From Eimeria praecox (taxonomy: Eukaryota): 64,000 nt of DNA. A program made the translations under genes and the position numbers. A model generated the notes under the pieces. The model saw nothing but the letters and a program-made list of their open reading frames with translations. It was not told where the DNA came from and made no database searches. The stretch covers positions 4,960,001 to 5,024,000 of the forward strand of contig OY986946.1 of assembly GCA_963920595.1 (NCBI GenBank), in the 5' to 3' direction. Each line of letters starts with the position of its first letter. Position 1 is the first letter of the stretch. Positions 15,001-30,000 of this stretch are shown here, one piece after another.

Positions 15001-18000
15001 TCTGGAAGCTTCGATCGCACAAACATTTGCGCAAACAAATGCACAGGAGCTTTGCATGAAACCCAATCACGTGTCCCGTCAACACATTCACTGCAGCACA
15101 TGTACTACACATCACCATCAACACGACGCAGTCACCAGCCAAGGAAGAAACACTTCCCAACCTAACACCCCACGCTGCCCACCAAAGAAACACAACTTAC
15201 TCCTTCCACAGCGCTCCCGAAATATTACAAGCTGCACACTGTTCTAACGGACTGCCCCATCCACTTCGCTCTTGATGCCGTTCCTCCCCAATCAGACTCA
15301 CGCACCACACTCACTCTAACGCCACCTCTCATACTACTACAATCCACATCTCCACCCTTCACACAACATGCCACCAAAAAAATAACCCACTATACACACT
15401 GCAACAATTGCATCCAGCATCAGCATATCCTCCACCACGCCACCCCAACTTCCTCACTTCGCCAGTTGCACACTTCAGGTGCATCGCCGTCCAGACATAA
15501 CCACAACGCCCAAGGACAATCCCGCGCACCACCACATACCCAACAGTCTGCCACTAAGCATGCAAACCCACTACGTGTGTCCGCCATCCCTATTATCAGT
15601 ACTCAACGCACTTCCTCCTATACACAACGACCGGCTCAACAACTCTTCCATCAAAGTCAACCGCTCTCCAGTGCAGCCGAGCCTGCCTGCCCGAAATAAT
15701 CCTAGGGTATGCTACTCTAGCTCATAGGCCTAATGCCCAAGATTCAGCGCATGGTCTTCTGGAAGCTTCGATCGCACAAACATTTGCGCAAACAAATGCA
15801 CAGGAGCTTTGCATGAAACCCAATCATGTGTCCCGTCAACGCATGCGCTGCAGCACATGTACTACACATCACCATCAACGCGACGCAGTCACTAGCCAAG
15901 GAAGAAAAACTTCCCAACCTAACACCCCACGCTGCCCACCAAAGAAGCACAACCTACTTCTTCCACAGCGCTCCCGAAATATTACAAGCTGCACACTGTT
16001 CTAACGAACTGCCCCATCCGATTGGCTCTTGACGCCGTTCCCCCCAAATCAGACTCATTCATCATACTCACTCTAACGCCGCCTCTCATACTACTACAAT
16101 CCACATCTCCACCCTTCACACAACATGCCACCAACCCCAACCTAACACATCCTGCCTTCGCGAAATGCTCTAACACGACACCCAAAAAATAACCCACTAT
16201 ACACACCACAACAATTACATCAAGCATCAGCACATCCTCCACCACGCCACCCCAACTTCCGCTCTTCGCCAGTTGCACACTTCAGGTGCATCGCCGTCCA
16301 GACATAACCGCAACGCCCAAGGAGAATACCGCGCACCACCACATACCCAACAGTCTGCCACTAAACATGCAAACCCACTACGTGTGTCCGCCATCCCTAT
16401 TATCAGTACTCAACGCACTTCCTCCTATACACAACGACCGGCTCAACAACTCCTCCATCAAAGTCAACCGCTCTCCAGTGCAGCCGAGCCTGCCTGCCCG
16501 AAATAATCCTAGGGTATGCTACTCTAGCTCATAGGCCTAATGCCCAAGATTCAGCGCATGGTCTTCTGGAAGCTTCGATCGCACAAACATTTGCGCAAAC
16601 AAATGCACAGGAGCTTTGCATGAAACCCAATCATGTGTCCCGTCAACACATGCACTGCAGCACATGTACTACACATTACCATCAACACGGCACAGTCACC
16701 AGCCAAGGAAGAAACACTTCCCAACCTAACACCCCACGCTGCCCACCAAAGAAACACAACCTACTTCTTCCACAGCGCTCCCGAAATATTACAAGCTGCA
16801 CACTGTTCTAACGAACTGCCCCATCCGATTGGCTCTTGACGCCGTTCCCCCCAAATCAGACTCATTCATCATACTCACTCTAACGCCGCCTCTCATACTA
16901 CTACAATCCACATCTCCACCCTTCACACAACATGCCACCAACCCCAACCTAACACATCCTGCCTTCGCGAAATGCTCTAACACGACACCCAAAAAATAAC
17001 CCACTATACACACCACAACAATTACATCAAGCATCAGCACATCCTCCACCACGCCACCCCAACTTCCGCTCTTCGCCAGTTGCACACTTCAGGTGCATCG
17101 CCGTCCAGACATAACCGCAACGCCCAAGGAGAATACCGCGCACCACCACATACCCAACAGTCTGCCACTAAACATGCAAACCCACTACGTGTGTCCGCCA
17201 TCCCTATTATCAGTACTCAACGCACTTCCTCCTATACACAACGACCGGCTCAACAACTCCTCCATCAAAGTCAACCGCTCTCCAGTGCAGCCGAGCCTGC
17301 CTGCCCGAAATAATCCTAGGGTATGCTGCTCTAGCTCATAGGCCTAATGCCCAAGATTCAGCACATGGTCTTCTGGAAGCTTCGATCGCACAAACATTTG
17401 CGCAAACAAATGCACAGGAGCTTTGCATGAAACCCAATCACGTGTCCCGTCAACACATTCACTGCAGCACATGTACTACACATCACCATCAACACGACGC
17501 AGTCACCAGCCAAGGAAGAAACACTTCCCAACCTAACACCCCACGCTGCCCACCAAAGAAACACAACTTACTCCTTCCACAGCGCTCCCGAAATATTACA
17601 AGCTGCACACTGTTCTAACGGACTGCCCCATCCACTTCGCTCTTGATGCCGTTCCTCCCCAATCAGACTCACGCACCACACTCACTCTAACGCCACCTCT
17701 CATACTACTACAATCCACATCTCCACCCTTCACACAACATGCCACCAAAAAAATAACCCACTATACACACTGCAACAATTGCATCCAGCATCAGCATATC
17801 CTCCACCACGCCACCCCAACTTCCTCACTTCGCCAGTTGCACACTTCAGGTGCATCGCCGTCCAGACATAACCACAACGCCCAACGACAATCCCGCGCAC
17901 CACCACATACCCAACAGTCTGCCACTAAACATGCAAACCCACTACGTGTGCCCGCCATCCTTATTATCAGCATTCAACGCACTCTCTCCTATACACAACG

Positions 18001-21000
18001 ACCGGCTCAACAACTCCTCCATCAAAGCCAAGCGCTCTCCAGTGCAGCCGAGCCTGCCTGCCCGAAATAATCCTAGGGTATGCTACTCTAGCTCATAGGC
18101 CTAATGCCCAAGATTCAGCGCATGGTCTTCTGGAAGCTTCGACCGCACAAACATTTGCGCAAACAAATGCACAGGAGCTTTGCATGAAACCCAATCACGT
18201 GTCCCGTCAACACATGCACTGCAGCACATGTACTACACATCACCATCAACACGACGCAGTCACCAGCCAAGGAAGAAACACTTCCCAACCTAACACCCCA
18301 CGCTGCCCACCAAAGAAACGCAACCTACTCCTTCCACAGCGCTCCCGAAATATTACAAGCTGCACACTGTTCTAACGAACTCCCCTATCCGCTTGGCTCT
18401 TGGTGCCGTTCCTCCCCAATCAGACTCACGCACCACACTCACTCTAACGCCGCCTCTCATACTACTACAATCCACATCTCCACCCTTCACACAACATGCC
18501 AACAACCCCAACCTAGTACATCCTGCCTTCGCGAAATGCTCTACCACGACACCCAAAAAATAACCCACTATACACACTGCAACAATTACATCAAGCATCA
18601 GCATATCCTCCACCACGCCACCCCAACTTCCTCACTTCGCCAGTTGCACACTTCAGGTGCATCGCCGTCCAGACATAACCACAACGCCCAACGACAATCC
18701 CGCGCACCACCACATACCCAACAGTCTGCCACTACACACGCAAACCCATTACGTGTGCCCGCCATCCTTATTATCAGTACTCAACACACTTCCTCCTATA
18801 CACAACGACCGGCTCAACAACTCTTCCATCAAAGTCAACCGCTCTCCAGTGCAGCCGAGCCTGCCTGCCCGAAATAATCCTAGGGTATGCTACTCTAGCT
18901 CATAGGCCTAGTGCCCAAGATTCAGCGCATGGTCTTCTGGAAGCTTCGATCGCACAAACATTTGCGCAAACAAATGCACAGGAGCTTTGCATGAAACCCA
19001 ATCACGTGTCCCGTCAACACATGCACTGCAGCACATGTACTACACATCACCATCAACACGACACAGTCACCATCCAAGGAAGAAACACTTCCCAACCTAA
19101 CACCCCACGCTGCCCACCAAAGAAACACAACTTACTCCTTCCACAGCGCTCCCGAAATATTACAAGCTGCACACTGTTCTAACGAACTCCCCTATCCGCT
19201 TGGCTCTTGGTGCCGTTCCTCCGCAACCAGACTCACGCACCACACTCACTCTAACGCCGCCTCTCATACTACTACAATCCACATCTCCACCCTTCACACA
19301 ACACGCCACCAACCCCAACTTAGCACCTCCTGCCTTCGCGAAATGCTCTACCACGACACCCAAAAAATAACCCCCTATACGCACTACAACAATTACATCA
19401 AGCATCAGCACATCCTCCACCACGCCACCCCAACTTCCTCACTTCGCCAGTTGCACACTTCAGGTGCATCGCCGTCCAGACATAACCACAACGCCCAACG
19501 ACAATCCCGCGCACCACCACATACCCAACAGTCTGCCACTAAACACGTAAACCCACTACGTGTGCCCGCCATCCCTATTATCAGTACTCAACGCACTCTC
19601 TCCTATACACAACGACCGGCTCAACAACTCCTCCATCAAAGTCAACCGCTCTCCAGTGCAGCCGAGCCTGCCTGCCCGAAATAATCCTAGGGTATGCTAC
19701 TCTAGCTCATAGGCCTAATGCCCAAGATTCAGCGCATGGTCTTCTGGAAGCTTCGATCGCACAAACATTTGCGCAAACAAATGCACAGGAGCTTTGCATG
19801 AAACCCAATCACGTGTCCCGTCAACACATGCACTGCAGCACATGTACTACACATCACCATCAACACGACGCAGTCACCAGCCAAGGAAGAAACACTTCCC
19901 AACCTAACACCCCACGCTGCCCACCAAAGAAACACAACTTACTCCTTCCACAGCGCTCCCGAAATATTACAAGCTGCACACTGTTCTAACGAACTCCCCT
20001 ATCCGCTTGGCTCTTGGTGCCGTTCCTCCGCAACCAGACTCACGCACCACACTCACTCTAACGCCGCCTCTCATACTACTACAATCCACATCTCCACCCT
20101 TCACACAACATGCCAACAACCCCAACCTAGTACATCCTGCCTTCGCGAAATGCTCTACCACGACACCCAAAAAATAACCCACTATACACACTGCAATAAT
20201 TACATCAAGCATCAGCATATCCTCCACCACGCCAGCCCAACTTCCTCACTTCGCCAGTTGCACACTTCAGGTGCATCGCCGTCCAGACATAACCACAACG
20301 CCCAACGACAATCCCGCGCACCACCACATACCCAACAGTCTGCCACTACACACGCAAACCCATTACGTGTGCCCGCCATCCCTATTATCAGTACTCAACA
20401 CACTTCCTCCTATACACAACGACCGGCTCAACAACTCTTCCATCAAAGTCAACCGCTCTCCAGTGCAGCCGAGCCTGCCTGCCCCAAATAATCCTAGGGT
20501 ATGCTACTCTAGCTCATAGGCCTAATGCCCAAGATTCAGCGCATGGTCTTCTGGAGGCTTCGATCGCACAAACATTTGCGCAAACAAATGCACAGGAGCT
20601 TTGCATGAAACCCAATCACGTGTCCCGTCAACACATGCACTGCAGCACATGTACTACACATCACCATCAACACGACGCAGTCACCAGGCAAGGAAGAAAC
20701 ACTTCCCAACCTAACACCCCACGCTGCCCACCAAAGAAACACAACTTACTCCTTCCACAGCGCTCCCGAAATATTACAAGCTGCACACTGTTCTAACGAA
20801 CTGCCCCATCCGATTGGCTCTTGACGCCGTTCCCCCCAAATCAGACTCATTCATCATACTCACTCTAACGCCGCCTCTCATACTACTACAATCCACATCT
20901 CCACCCTTCACACAACATGCCACCAACCCCAACCTAACACATCCTGCCTTCGCGAAATGCTCTAACACGACACCCAAAAAATAACCCACTATACACACCA

Positions 21001-24000
21001 CAACAATTACATCAAGCATCAGCACATCCTCCACCACGCCACCCCAACTTCCGCTCTTCGCCAGTTGCACACTTCAGGTGCATCGCCGTCCAGACATAAC
21101 CGCAACGCCCAAGGAGAATACCGCGCACCACCACATACCCAACAGTCTGCCACTAAACATGCAAACCCACTACGTGTGTCCGCCATCCCTATTATCAGTA
21201 CTCAACGCACTTCCTCCTATACACAACGACCGGCTCAACAACTCCTCCATCAAAGTCAACCGCTCTCCAGTGCAGCCGAGCCTGCCTGCCCGAAATAATC
21301 CTAGGGTATGCTACTCTAGCTCATAGGCCTAATGCCCAAGATTCAGCGCATGGTCTTCTGGAAGCTTCGATCGCACAAACATTTGCGCAAACAAATGCAC
21401 AGGAGCTTTGCATGAAACCCAATCATGTGTCCCGTCAACACATGCACTGCAGCACATGTACTACACATCACCATCAACACGACACAGTCACCATCCAAGG
21501 AAGAAACACTTCCCAACCTAACACCCCACGCTGCCCACCAAAGAAACACAACTTACTCCTTCCACAGCGCTCCCGAAATATTACAAGCTGCACACTGTTC
21601 TAACGAACTCCCCTATCCGCTTGGCTCTTGGTGCCGTTCCTCCGCAACCAGACTCACGCACCACACTCACTCTAACGCCGCCTCTCATACTACTACAATC
21701 CACATCTCCACCCTTCACACAACACGCCACCAACCCCAACTTAGCACCTCCTGCCTTCGCGAAATGCTCTACCACGACACCCAAAAAATAACCCCCTATA
21801 CGCACTACAACAATTACATCAAGCATCAGCACATCCTCCACCACGCCACCCCAACTTCCTCACTTCGCCAGTTGCACACTTCAGGTGCATCGCCGTCCAG
21901 ACATAACCACAACGCCCAACGACAATCCCGCGCACCACCACATACCCAACAGTCTGCCACTAAACACGTAAACCCACTACGTGTGCCCGCCATCCCTATT
22001 ATCAGTACTCAACGCACTCTCTCCTATACACAACGACCGGCTCAACAACTCCTCCATCAAAGTCAACCGCTCTCCAGTGCAGCCGAGCCTGCCTGCCCGA
22101 AATAATCCTAGGGTATGCTACTCTAGCTCATAGGCCTAATGCCCAAGATTCAGCGCATGGTCTTCTGGAAGCTTCGATCGCACAAACATTTGCGCAAACA
22201 AATGCACAGGAGCTTTGCATGAAACCCAATCACGTGTCCCGTCAACACATGCACTGCAGCACATGTACTACACATCACCATCAACACGACGCAGTCACCA
22301 GCCAAGGAAGAAACACTTCCCAACCTAACACCCCACGCTGCCCACCAAAGAAACACAACTTACTCCTTCCACAGCGCTCCCGAAATATTACAAGCTGCAC
22401 ACTGTTCTAACGAACTCCCCTATCCGCTTGGCTCTTGGTGCCGTTCCTCCGCAACCAGACTCACGCACCACACTCACTCTAACGCCGCCTCTCATACTAC
22501 TACAATCCACATCTCCACCCTTCACACAACATGCCAACAACCCCAACCTAGTACATCCTGCCTTCGCGAAATGCTCTACCACGACACCCAAAAAATAACC
22601 CACTATACACACTGCAATAATTACATCAAGCATCAGCATATCCTCCACCACGCCACCCCAACTTCCTCACTTCGCCAGTTGCACACTTCAGGTGCATCGC
22701 CGTCCAGACATAACCACAACGCCCAACGACAATCCCGCGCACCACCACATACCCAACAGTCTGCCACTACACACGCAAACCCATTACGTGTGCCCGCCAT
22801 CCCTATTATCAGTACTCAACACACTTCCTCCTATACACAACGACCGGCTCAACAACTCTTCCATCAAAGTCAACCGCTCTCCAGTGCAGCCGAGCCTGCC
22901 TGCCCCAAATAATCCTAGGGTATGCTACTCTAGCTCATAGGCCTAATGCCCAAGATTCAGCGCATGGTCTTCTGGAGGCTTCGATCGCACAAACATTTGC
23001 GCAAACAAATGCACAGGAGCTTTGCATGAAACCCAATCACGTGTCCCGTCAACACATGCACTGCAGCACATGTACTACACATCACCATCAACACGACGCA
23101 GTCACCAGCCAAGGAAGAAACACTTCCCAACCTAACACCCCACGCTGCCCACCAAAGAAACACAACTTACTCCTTCCACAGCGCTCCCGAAATATTACAA
23201 GCTGCACACTGTTCTAACGAACTCCCCTATCCGCTTGGCTCTTGGTGCCGTTCCTCCGCAACCAGACTCACGCACCACACTCACTCTAACGCCGCCTCTC
23301 ATACTACTACAATCCACATCTCCACCCTTCACACAACATGCCAACAACCCCAACCTAGTACATCCTGCCTTCGCGAAATGCTCTACCACGACACCCAAAA
23401 AATAACCCACTATACACACTGCAACAATTACATCAAGCATCAGCATATCCTCCACCACGCCACCCCAACTTCCTCACTTCGCCAGTTGCACACTTCAGGT
23501 GCATCGCCGTCCAGACATAACCACAACGCCCAACGACAATCCCGCGCACCACCACATACCCAACAGTCTGCCACTAAACACGCAAACCCACTACGTGTGC
23601 CCGCCATCCTTATTATCAGTACTTAACACACTTCCTCCTATACACAACGACCGGCTCAACAACTCTTCCATCAAAGCCAACCGCTCTCCAGTGCAGCCGA
23701 GCCTGCCTGCCCGAAATAATCCTAGGGTATGCTACTCTAGCTCATAGGCCTAATGCCCAAGATTCAGCGCATGGTCTTCTGGAAGCTTCGATCGCACAAG
23801 CATTTGCGCAAACAAATGCACAGGAGCTTTGCATGAAACCCAATCACGTGTCCCGTCAACACATGCACTGCAGCACATGTACTACACATCACCATCAACA
23901 CGACACAGTCACCAGCCAAGGAAGAAACACTTCCCAACCTAACACCCCACGCTGCCCACCAAAGAAACACAACTTACTCCTTCCACAGCGCTCCCGAAAT

Positions 24001-27000
24001 ATTACAAGCTGCACACTGTTCTAACGAACTCCCCTATCCGCTTGGCTCTTGGTGCCGTTCCTCCCCAATCAGACTCACGCACCACACTCACTCTAACGCC
24101 GCCTCTCATACTACTACAATCCACATCTCCACCCTTCACACAACATGCCAACAACCCCAACCTAGTACATCCTGCCTTCGCGAAATGCTCTACCACGACA
24201 CCCAAAAAATAACCCACTATACACACTGCAACAATTACATCAAGCATCAGCATATCCTCCACCACGCCACCCCAACTTCCTCACTTCGCCAGTTGCACAC
24301 TTCAGGTGCATCGCCGTCCAGACATAACCACAACGCCCAACGACAATCCCGCGCACCACCACATACCCAACAGTCTGCCACTAAACATGCAAACCCACTA
24401 CGTGTGCCCGCCATCCCTATTATCAGTACTCAACACACTTCCTCCTATACACAACGACCGGCTCAACAACTCTTCCATCAAAGTCAACCGCTCTCCAGTG
24501 CAGCCGAGCCTGCCTGCCCGAAATAATCCTAGGGTATGCTACTCTAGCTCATAGGCCTAATGCCCAAGATTCAGCGCATGGTCTTCTGGAAGCTTCGATC
24601 GCACAAACATTTGCGCAAACAAATGCACAGGAGCTTTGCATGAAACCCAATCACGTGTCCCGTCAACACATGCACTGCAGCACATGTACTACACATCACC
24701 ATCAACACGACGCAGTCACCAGCCAAGGAAGAAACACTTCCCAACCTAACACCCCACGCTGCCCACCAAAGAAACACAACTTACTCCTTCCACAGCGCTC
24801 CCGAAATATTACAAGCTGCACACTGTTCTAACGAACTCCCCTATCCGCTTGGCTCTTGGTGCCGTTCCTCCCCAATCAGACTCACGCACCACACTCACTC
24901 TAACGCCGCCTCTCATACTACTACAATCCACATCTCCACCCTTCACACAACATGCCAACAACCCCAACCTAGTACATCCTGCCTTCGCGAAATGCTCTAC
25001 CACGACACCCAAAAAATAACCCACTATACACACTGCAACAATTACATCAAGCATCAGCATATCCTCCACCACGCCACCCCAACTTCCTCACTTCGCCAGT
25101 TGCACACTTCAGGTGCATCGCCGTCCAGACATAACCACAACGCCCAACGACAATCCCGCGCACCACCACATACCCAACAGTCTGCCACTAAACATGCAAA
25201 CCCACTACGTGTGCCCGCCATCCCTATTATCAGTACTCAACACACTTCCTCCTATACACAACGACCGGCTCAACAACTCTTCCATCAAAGTCAACCGCTC
25301 TCCAGTGCAGCTGAGCCTGCCTGCCCGAAATAATCCTAGGGTATGCTACTCTAGCTCATAGGCCTAATGCCCAAGATTCAGCGCATGGTCTTCTGGAAGC
25401 TTCGATCGCACAAACATTTGCGCAAACAAATGCACAGGAGCTTTGCATGAAACCCAATCACGTGTCCCGTCAACACATGCACTGCAGCACATGTACTACA
25501 CATCACCATCAACACGACACAGTCACCAGCCAAGGAAGAAGCACTTCCCAACCTAACACCCCACGCTGCCCACCAAAGAAACACAACTTACTCCTTCCAC
25601 AGCGCTCCCGAAATATTACAAGCTGCACACTGTTCTAACGAACTCCCCTATCCGCTTGGCTCTTGGTGCCGTTCCTCCCCAATCAGACTCACGCACCACA
25701 CTCACTCTAACGCCGCCTCTCATACTACTACAATCCACATCTCCACCCTTCACACAACATGCCAACAACCCCAACCTAGTACATCCTGCCTTCGCGAAAT
25801 GCTCTACCACGACACCCAAAAAATAACCCACTATACACGCTGCAACAATTACATCAAGCATCAGCATATCCTCCACCACGCCACCCCAACTTCCTCACTT
25901 CGCCAGTTGCACACTTCAGGTGCATCGCCGTCCAGACATAACCACAACGCCCAACGACAATCCCGCGCACCACCACATACCCAACAGTCTGCCACTAAGC
26001 ATGCAAACCCACTACGTGTGCCCGCCATCCCTATTATCAGTACTCAACACACTTCCTCCTATACACAACGACCGGCTCAACAACTCTTCCATCAAAGTCA
26101 ACCGCTCTCCAGTGCAGCCGAGCCTGCCTGCCCGAAATAATCCTAGGGTATGCTACTCTAGCTCATAGGCCTAATGCCCAAGATTCAGCGCATGGTCTTC
26201 TGGAAGCTTCGATCGCACAAACGTTTGCGCAAACAAATGCACAGGAGCTTTGCATGAAACCCAATCACGTGTCCCGTCAACACATGCACTGCAGCACATG
26301 TACTACACATCACCATCAACACGACGCAGTCACCAGCCAAGGAAGAAACACTTCCCAACCTAACACCCCACGCTGCCCACCAAAGAAACACAACTTACTC
26401 CTTCCACAGCGCTCCCGAAATATTACAAGCTGCACACTGTTCTAACGAACTCCCCTATCCGCTTGGCTCTTGGTGCCGTTCCTCCCCAATCAGACTCACG
26501 CACCACACTCACTCTAACGCCGCCTCTCATACTACTACAATCCACATCTCCACCCTTCACACAACATGCCAACAACCCCAACCTAGTACATCCTGCCTTC
26601 GCGAAATGCTCTACCACGACACCCAAAAAATAACCCACTATACACACTGCAACAATTACATCAAGCATCAGCATATCCTCCACCACGCCACCCCAACTTC
26701 CTCACTTCGCCAGTTGCACACTTCAGGTGCATCGCCGTCCAGACATAACCACAACGCCCAACGACAATCCCGCGCACCACCACATACCCAACAGTCTGCC
26801 ACTAAACATGCAAACCCACTACGTGTGCCCGCCATCCTTATTATCAGCATTCAACGCACTCTCCCCTATACACAACGACCGGCTCAACAACTCCTCCATC
26901 AAAGCCAACCGCTCTCCAGTGCAGCCGAGCCTGCCTGCCCGAAATAATCCTAGGGTATGCTACTCTAGCTCATAGGCCTAATGCCCAAGATTCAGCGCAT

Positions 27001-30000
27001 GGTCTTCTGGAAGCTTCGATCGCACAAACATTTGCGCAAACAAATGCACAGGAGCTTTGCATGAAACCCAATCACGTGTCCCGTCAACACATGCACTGCA
27101 GCACATGTACTACACATCACCATCAACACGACGCAGTCACCAGCCAAGGAAGAAACACTTCCCAACCTAACACCCCACGCTGCCCACCAAAGAAACACAA
27201 CTTACTCCTTCCACAGCGCTCCCGAAATATTACAAGCTGCACACTGTTCTAACGAACTCCCCTATCCGCTTGGCTCTTGGTGCCGTTCCTCCCCAATCAG
27301 ACTCACGCACCACACTCACTCTAACGCCGCCTCTCATACTACTACAATCCACATCTCCACCCTTCACACAACATGCCAACAACCCCAACCTAGTACATCC
27401 TGCCTTCGCGAAATGCTCTACCACGACACCCAAAAAATAACCCACTATACACACTGCAACAATTACATCAAGCATCAGCATATCCTCCACCACGCCACCC
27501 GAACTTCCTCACTTCGCCAGTTGCACACTTCAGGTATATCGCCGTCCAGACATAACCACAACGCCCAAGGACAATCCCGCGCACCACCACATACCCAACA
27601 GTCTGCCACTAAACATGCAAACCCACTACGTGTGCCCGCCATCCCTATTATCAGTACTCAACACACTTCCTCCTATACACAACGACCGGCTCAACAACTC
27701 TTCCATCAAAGTCAACCGCTCTCCAGTGCAGCCGAGCCTGCCTGCCCGAAATAATCCTAGGGTATGCTACTCTAGCTCATAGGCCTAATGCCCAAGATTC
27801 AGCGCATGGTCTTCTGGAAGCTTCGATCGCACAAACATTTGCGCAAACAAATGCACAGGAGCTTTGCATGAAACCCAATCACGTGTCCCGTCAACACATG
27901 CACTGCAGCACATGTACTACACATCACCATCAACACGACACAGTCACCAGCCAAGGAAGAAACACTTCCCAACCTAACACCCCACGCTGCCCACCAAAGA
28001 AACACAACTTACTCCTTCCACAGCGCTCCCGAAATATTACAAGCTGCACACTGTTCTAACGAACTCCCCTATCCGCTTGGCGCTTGGTGCCGTTCCTCCC
28101 CAATCAGACTCACGCACCACACTCACTCTAACGCCGCCTCTCATACTACTACAATCCACATCTCCACCCTTCACACAACGCGCCACCAACCCCAACTTAG
28201 CACCTCCTGCCTTCGCGAAATGCTCTACCACGACACCCAAAAAATAACCCACTATACACACTGCAACAATTACATCAAACATCAGCATATCCTCCACCAC
28301 GCCACCCCAACTTCCTCACTTCGCCAGTTGCACACTTCAGGTGCATCGCCGTCCAGACATAACCACAACGCCCAACGACAATCCCGCGCACCACCACATA
28401 CCCAACAGTCTGCCACTAAACATGCAAACCCACTACGTGTGCCCGCCATCCTTATTATCAGTACTCAACACACTTCCTCCTATACACAACGACCGGCTCA
28501 ACAACTCTTCCATCAAAGCAACCGCTCTCCAGTGCAGCCGAGCCTGCCTGCCCGAAATAATCCTAGGGTATGCTACTCTAGCTCATAGGCCTAATGCCCA
28601 AGATTCAGCGCATGGTCTTCTGGAAGCTTCGATCGCACAAACATTTGCGCAAACCAATGCAAAGGAGCTTTGCATGAAACCCAATCATGTGTCCCGTCAA
28701 CGCATGCGCTGCAGCACATGTACTACACATCACCATCAACACGACGCAGTCACCAGCCAAGGAAGAAACACTTCCCAACCTAACACCCCACGCTGCCCAC
28801 CAAAGAAACACAACCTACTCCTTCCACAGCGCTCCCGAAATATTACAAGCTGCACACTGTTCTAACAGACTGCCCCATCCACCTGGCTCTTGACGCCGTT
28901 CCTCCCCAATCAGACTCACGCACCACACTCACTCTACCGCCGCCTCTCATACTACTACAATCCACTACGCACTACAACAATTACATCCAGCATCAGCACA
29001 TCCTCCACCACGCCACCCCAACTTCCTCACTTCGCCAGTTGCACACTTCAGGTGCATCGCCGTCCAGACATAACCACAACGCCCAAGGACAATCCCACGC
29101 ACCACCACATACCCAACAGTCTGCCACTAAACATGCAAACCCACTACGTGTGTCCGCCATCCCTATTATCAGTACTCAACGCACTTCCTCCTATACACAA
29201 CGACCGGCTCAACAACTCTTCCATCAAAGTCAACCGCTCTCCAGTGCAGCCGAGCCTGCCTGCCCGAAATAATCCTAGACTACGCTACTCCAGCTCACAG
29301 GCTTTATGCCCAAGATTCAGCGCATGGTCTTCTGGAAGCTTCGATCGCACAAACATTTGCGCAAACAAATGCACAGGAGCTTTGCATGAAACCCAATCAC
29401 GTGTCCCGTCAACACATGCACTGCAGCACATGTACTACACATCACCATCAACACGACACAGTCACCAGCCAAGGAAGAAACACTTCCCAACCTAACACCC
29501 CACGCTGCCCACCAAAGAAACACAACCTACTTCTTCCACAGCGCTCCCGAAATATTACAAGCTGCACACTGTTCTAACGGACTGCCCCATCCGATTGGCT
29601 CTTGACGCTGTTCCTCCCCAATCAGACTCACGCACCACACTCACTCTAACGCCGCCTCTCATACTACTACAATCCACATCTCCACCCTTCACACAACATG
29701 CCACCAACCCCAACCTAGTACCTCCTGCCTTCGCGAAATGCTCTACCACGACACCCAAAAAATAACCCACTATACACACTGCAACAATTACATCAAGCAT
29801 CAGCATATCCTCCACCACGCCACCCCAACTTCCTCACTTCGCCAGTTGCACACTTCAGGTGAATCGCCGTCCAGACATAACCACAACGCCCAAGGACAAT
29901 CCCGCGCACCACCACATACACAACAGTCTGCCGCTAAACATGCAAACCCACTACGTGTGCCCGCCATCCTTATTATCAGCATTCAACGCACTCTCTCCTA

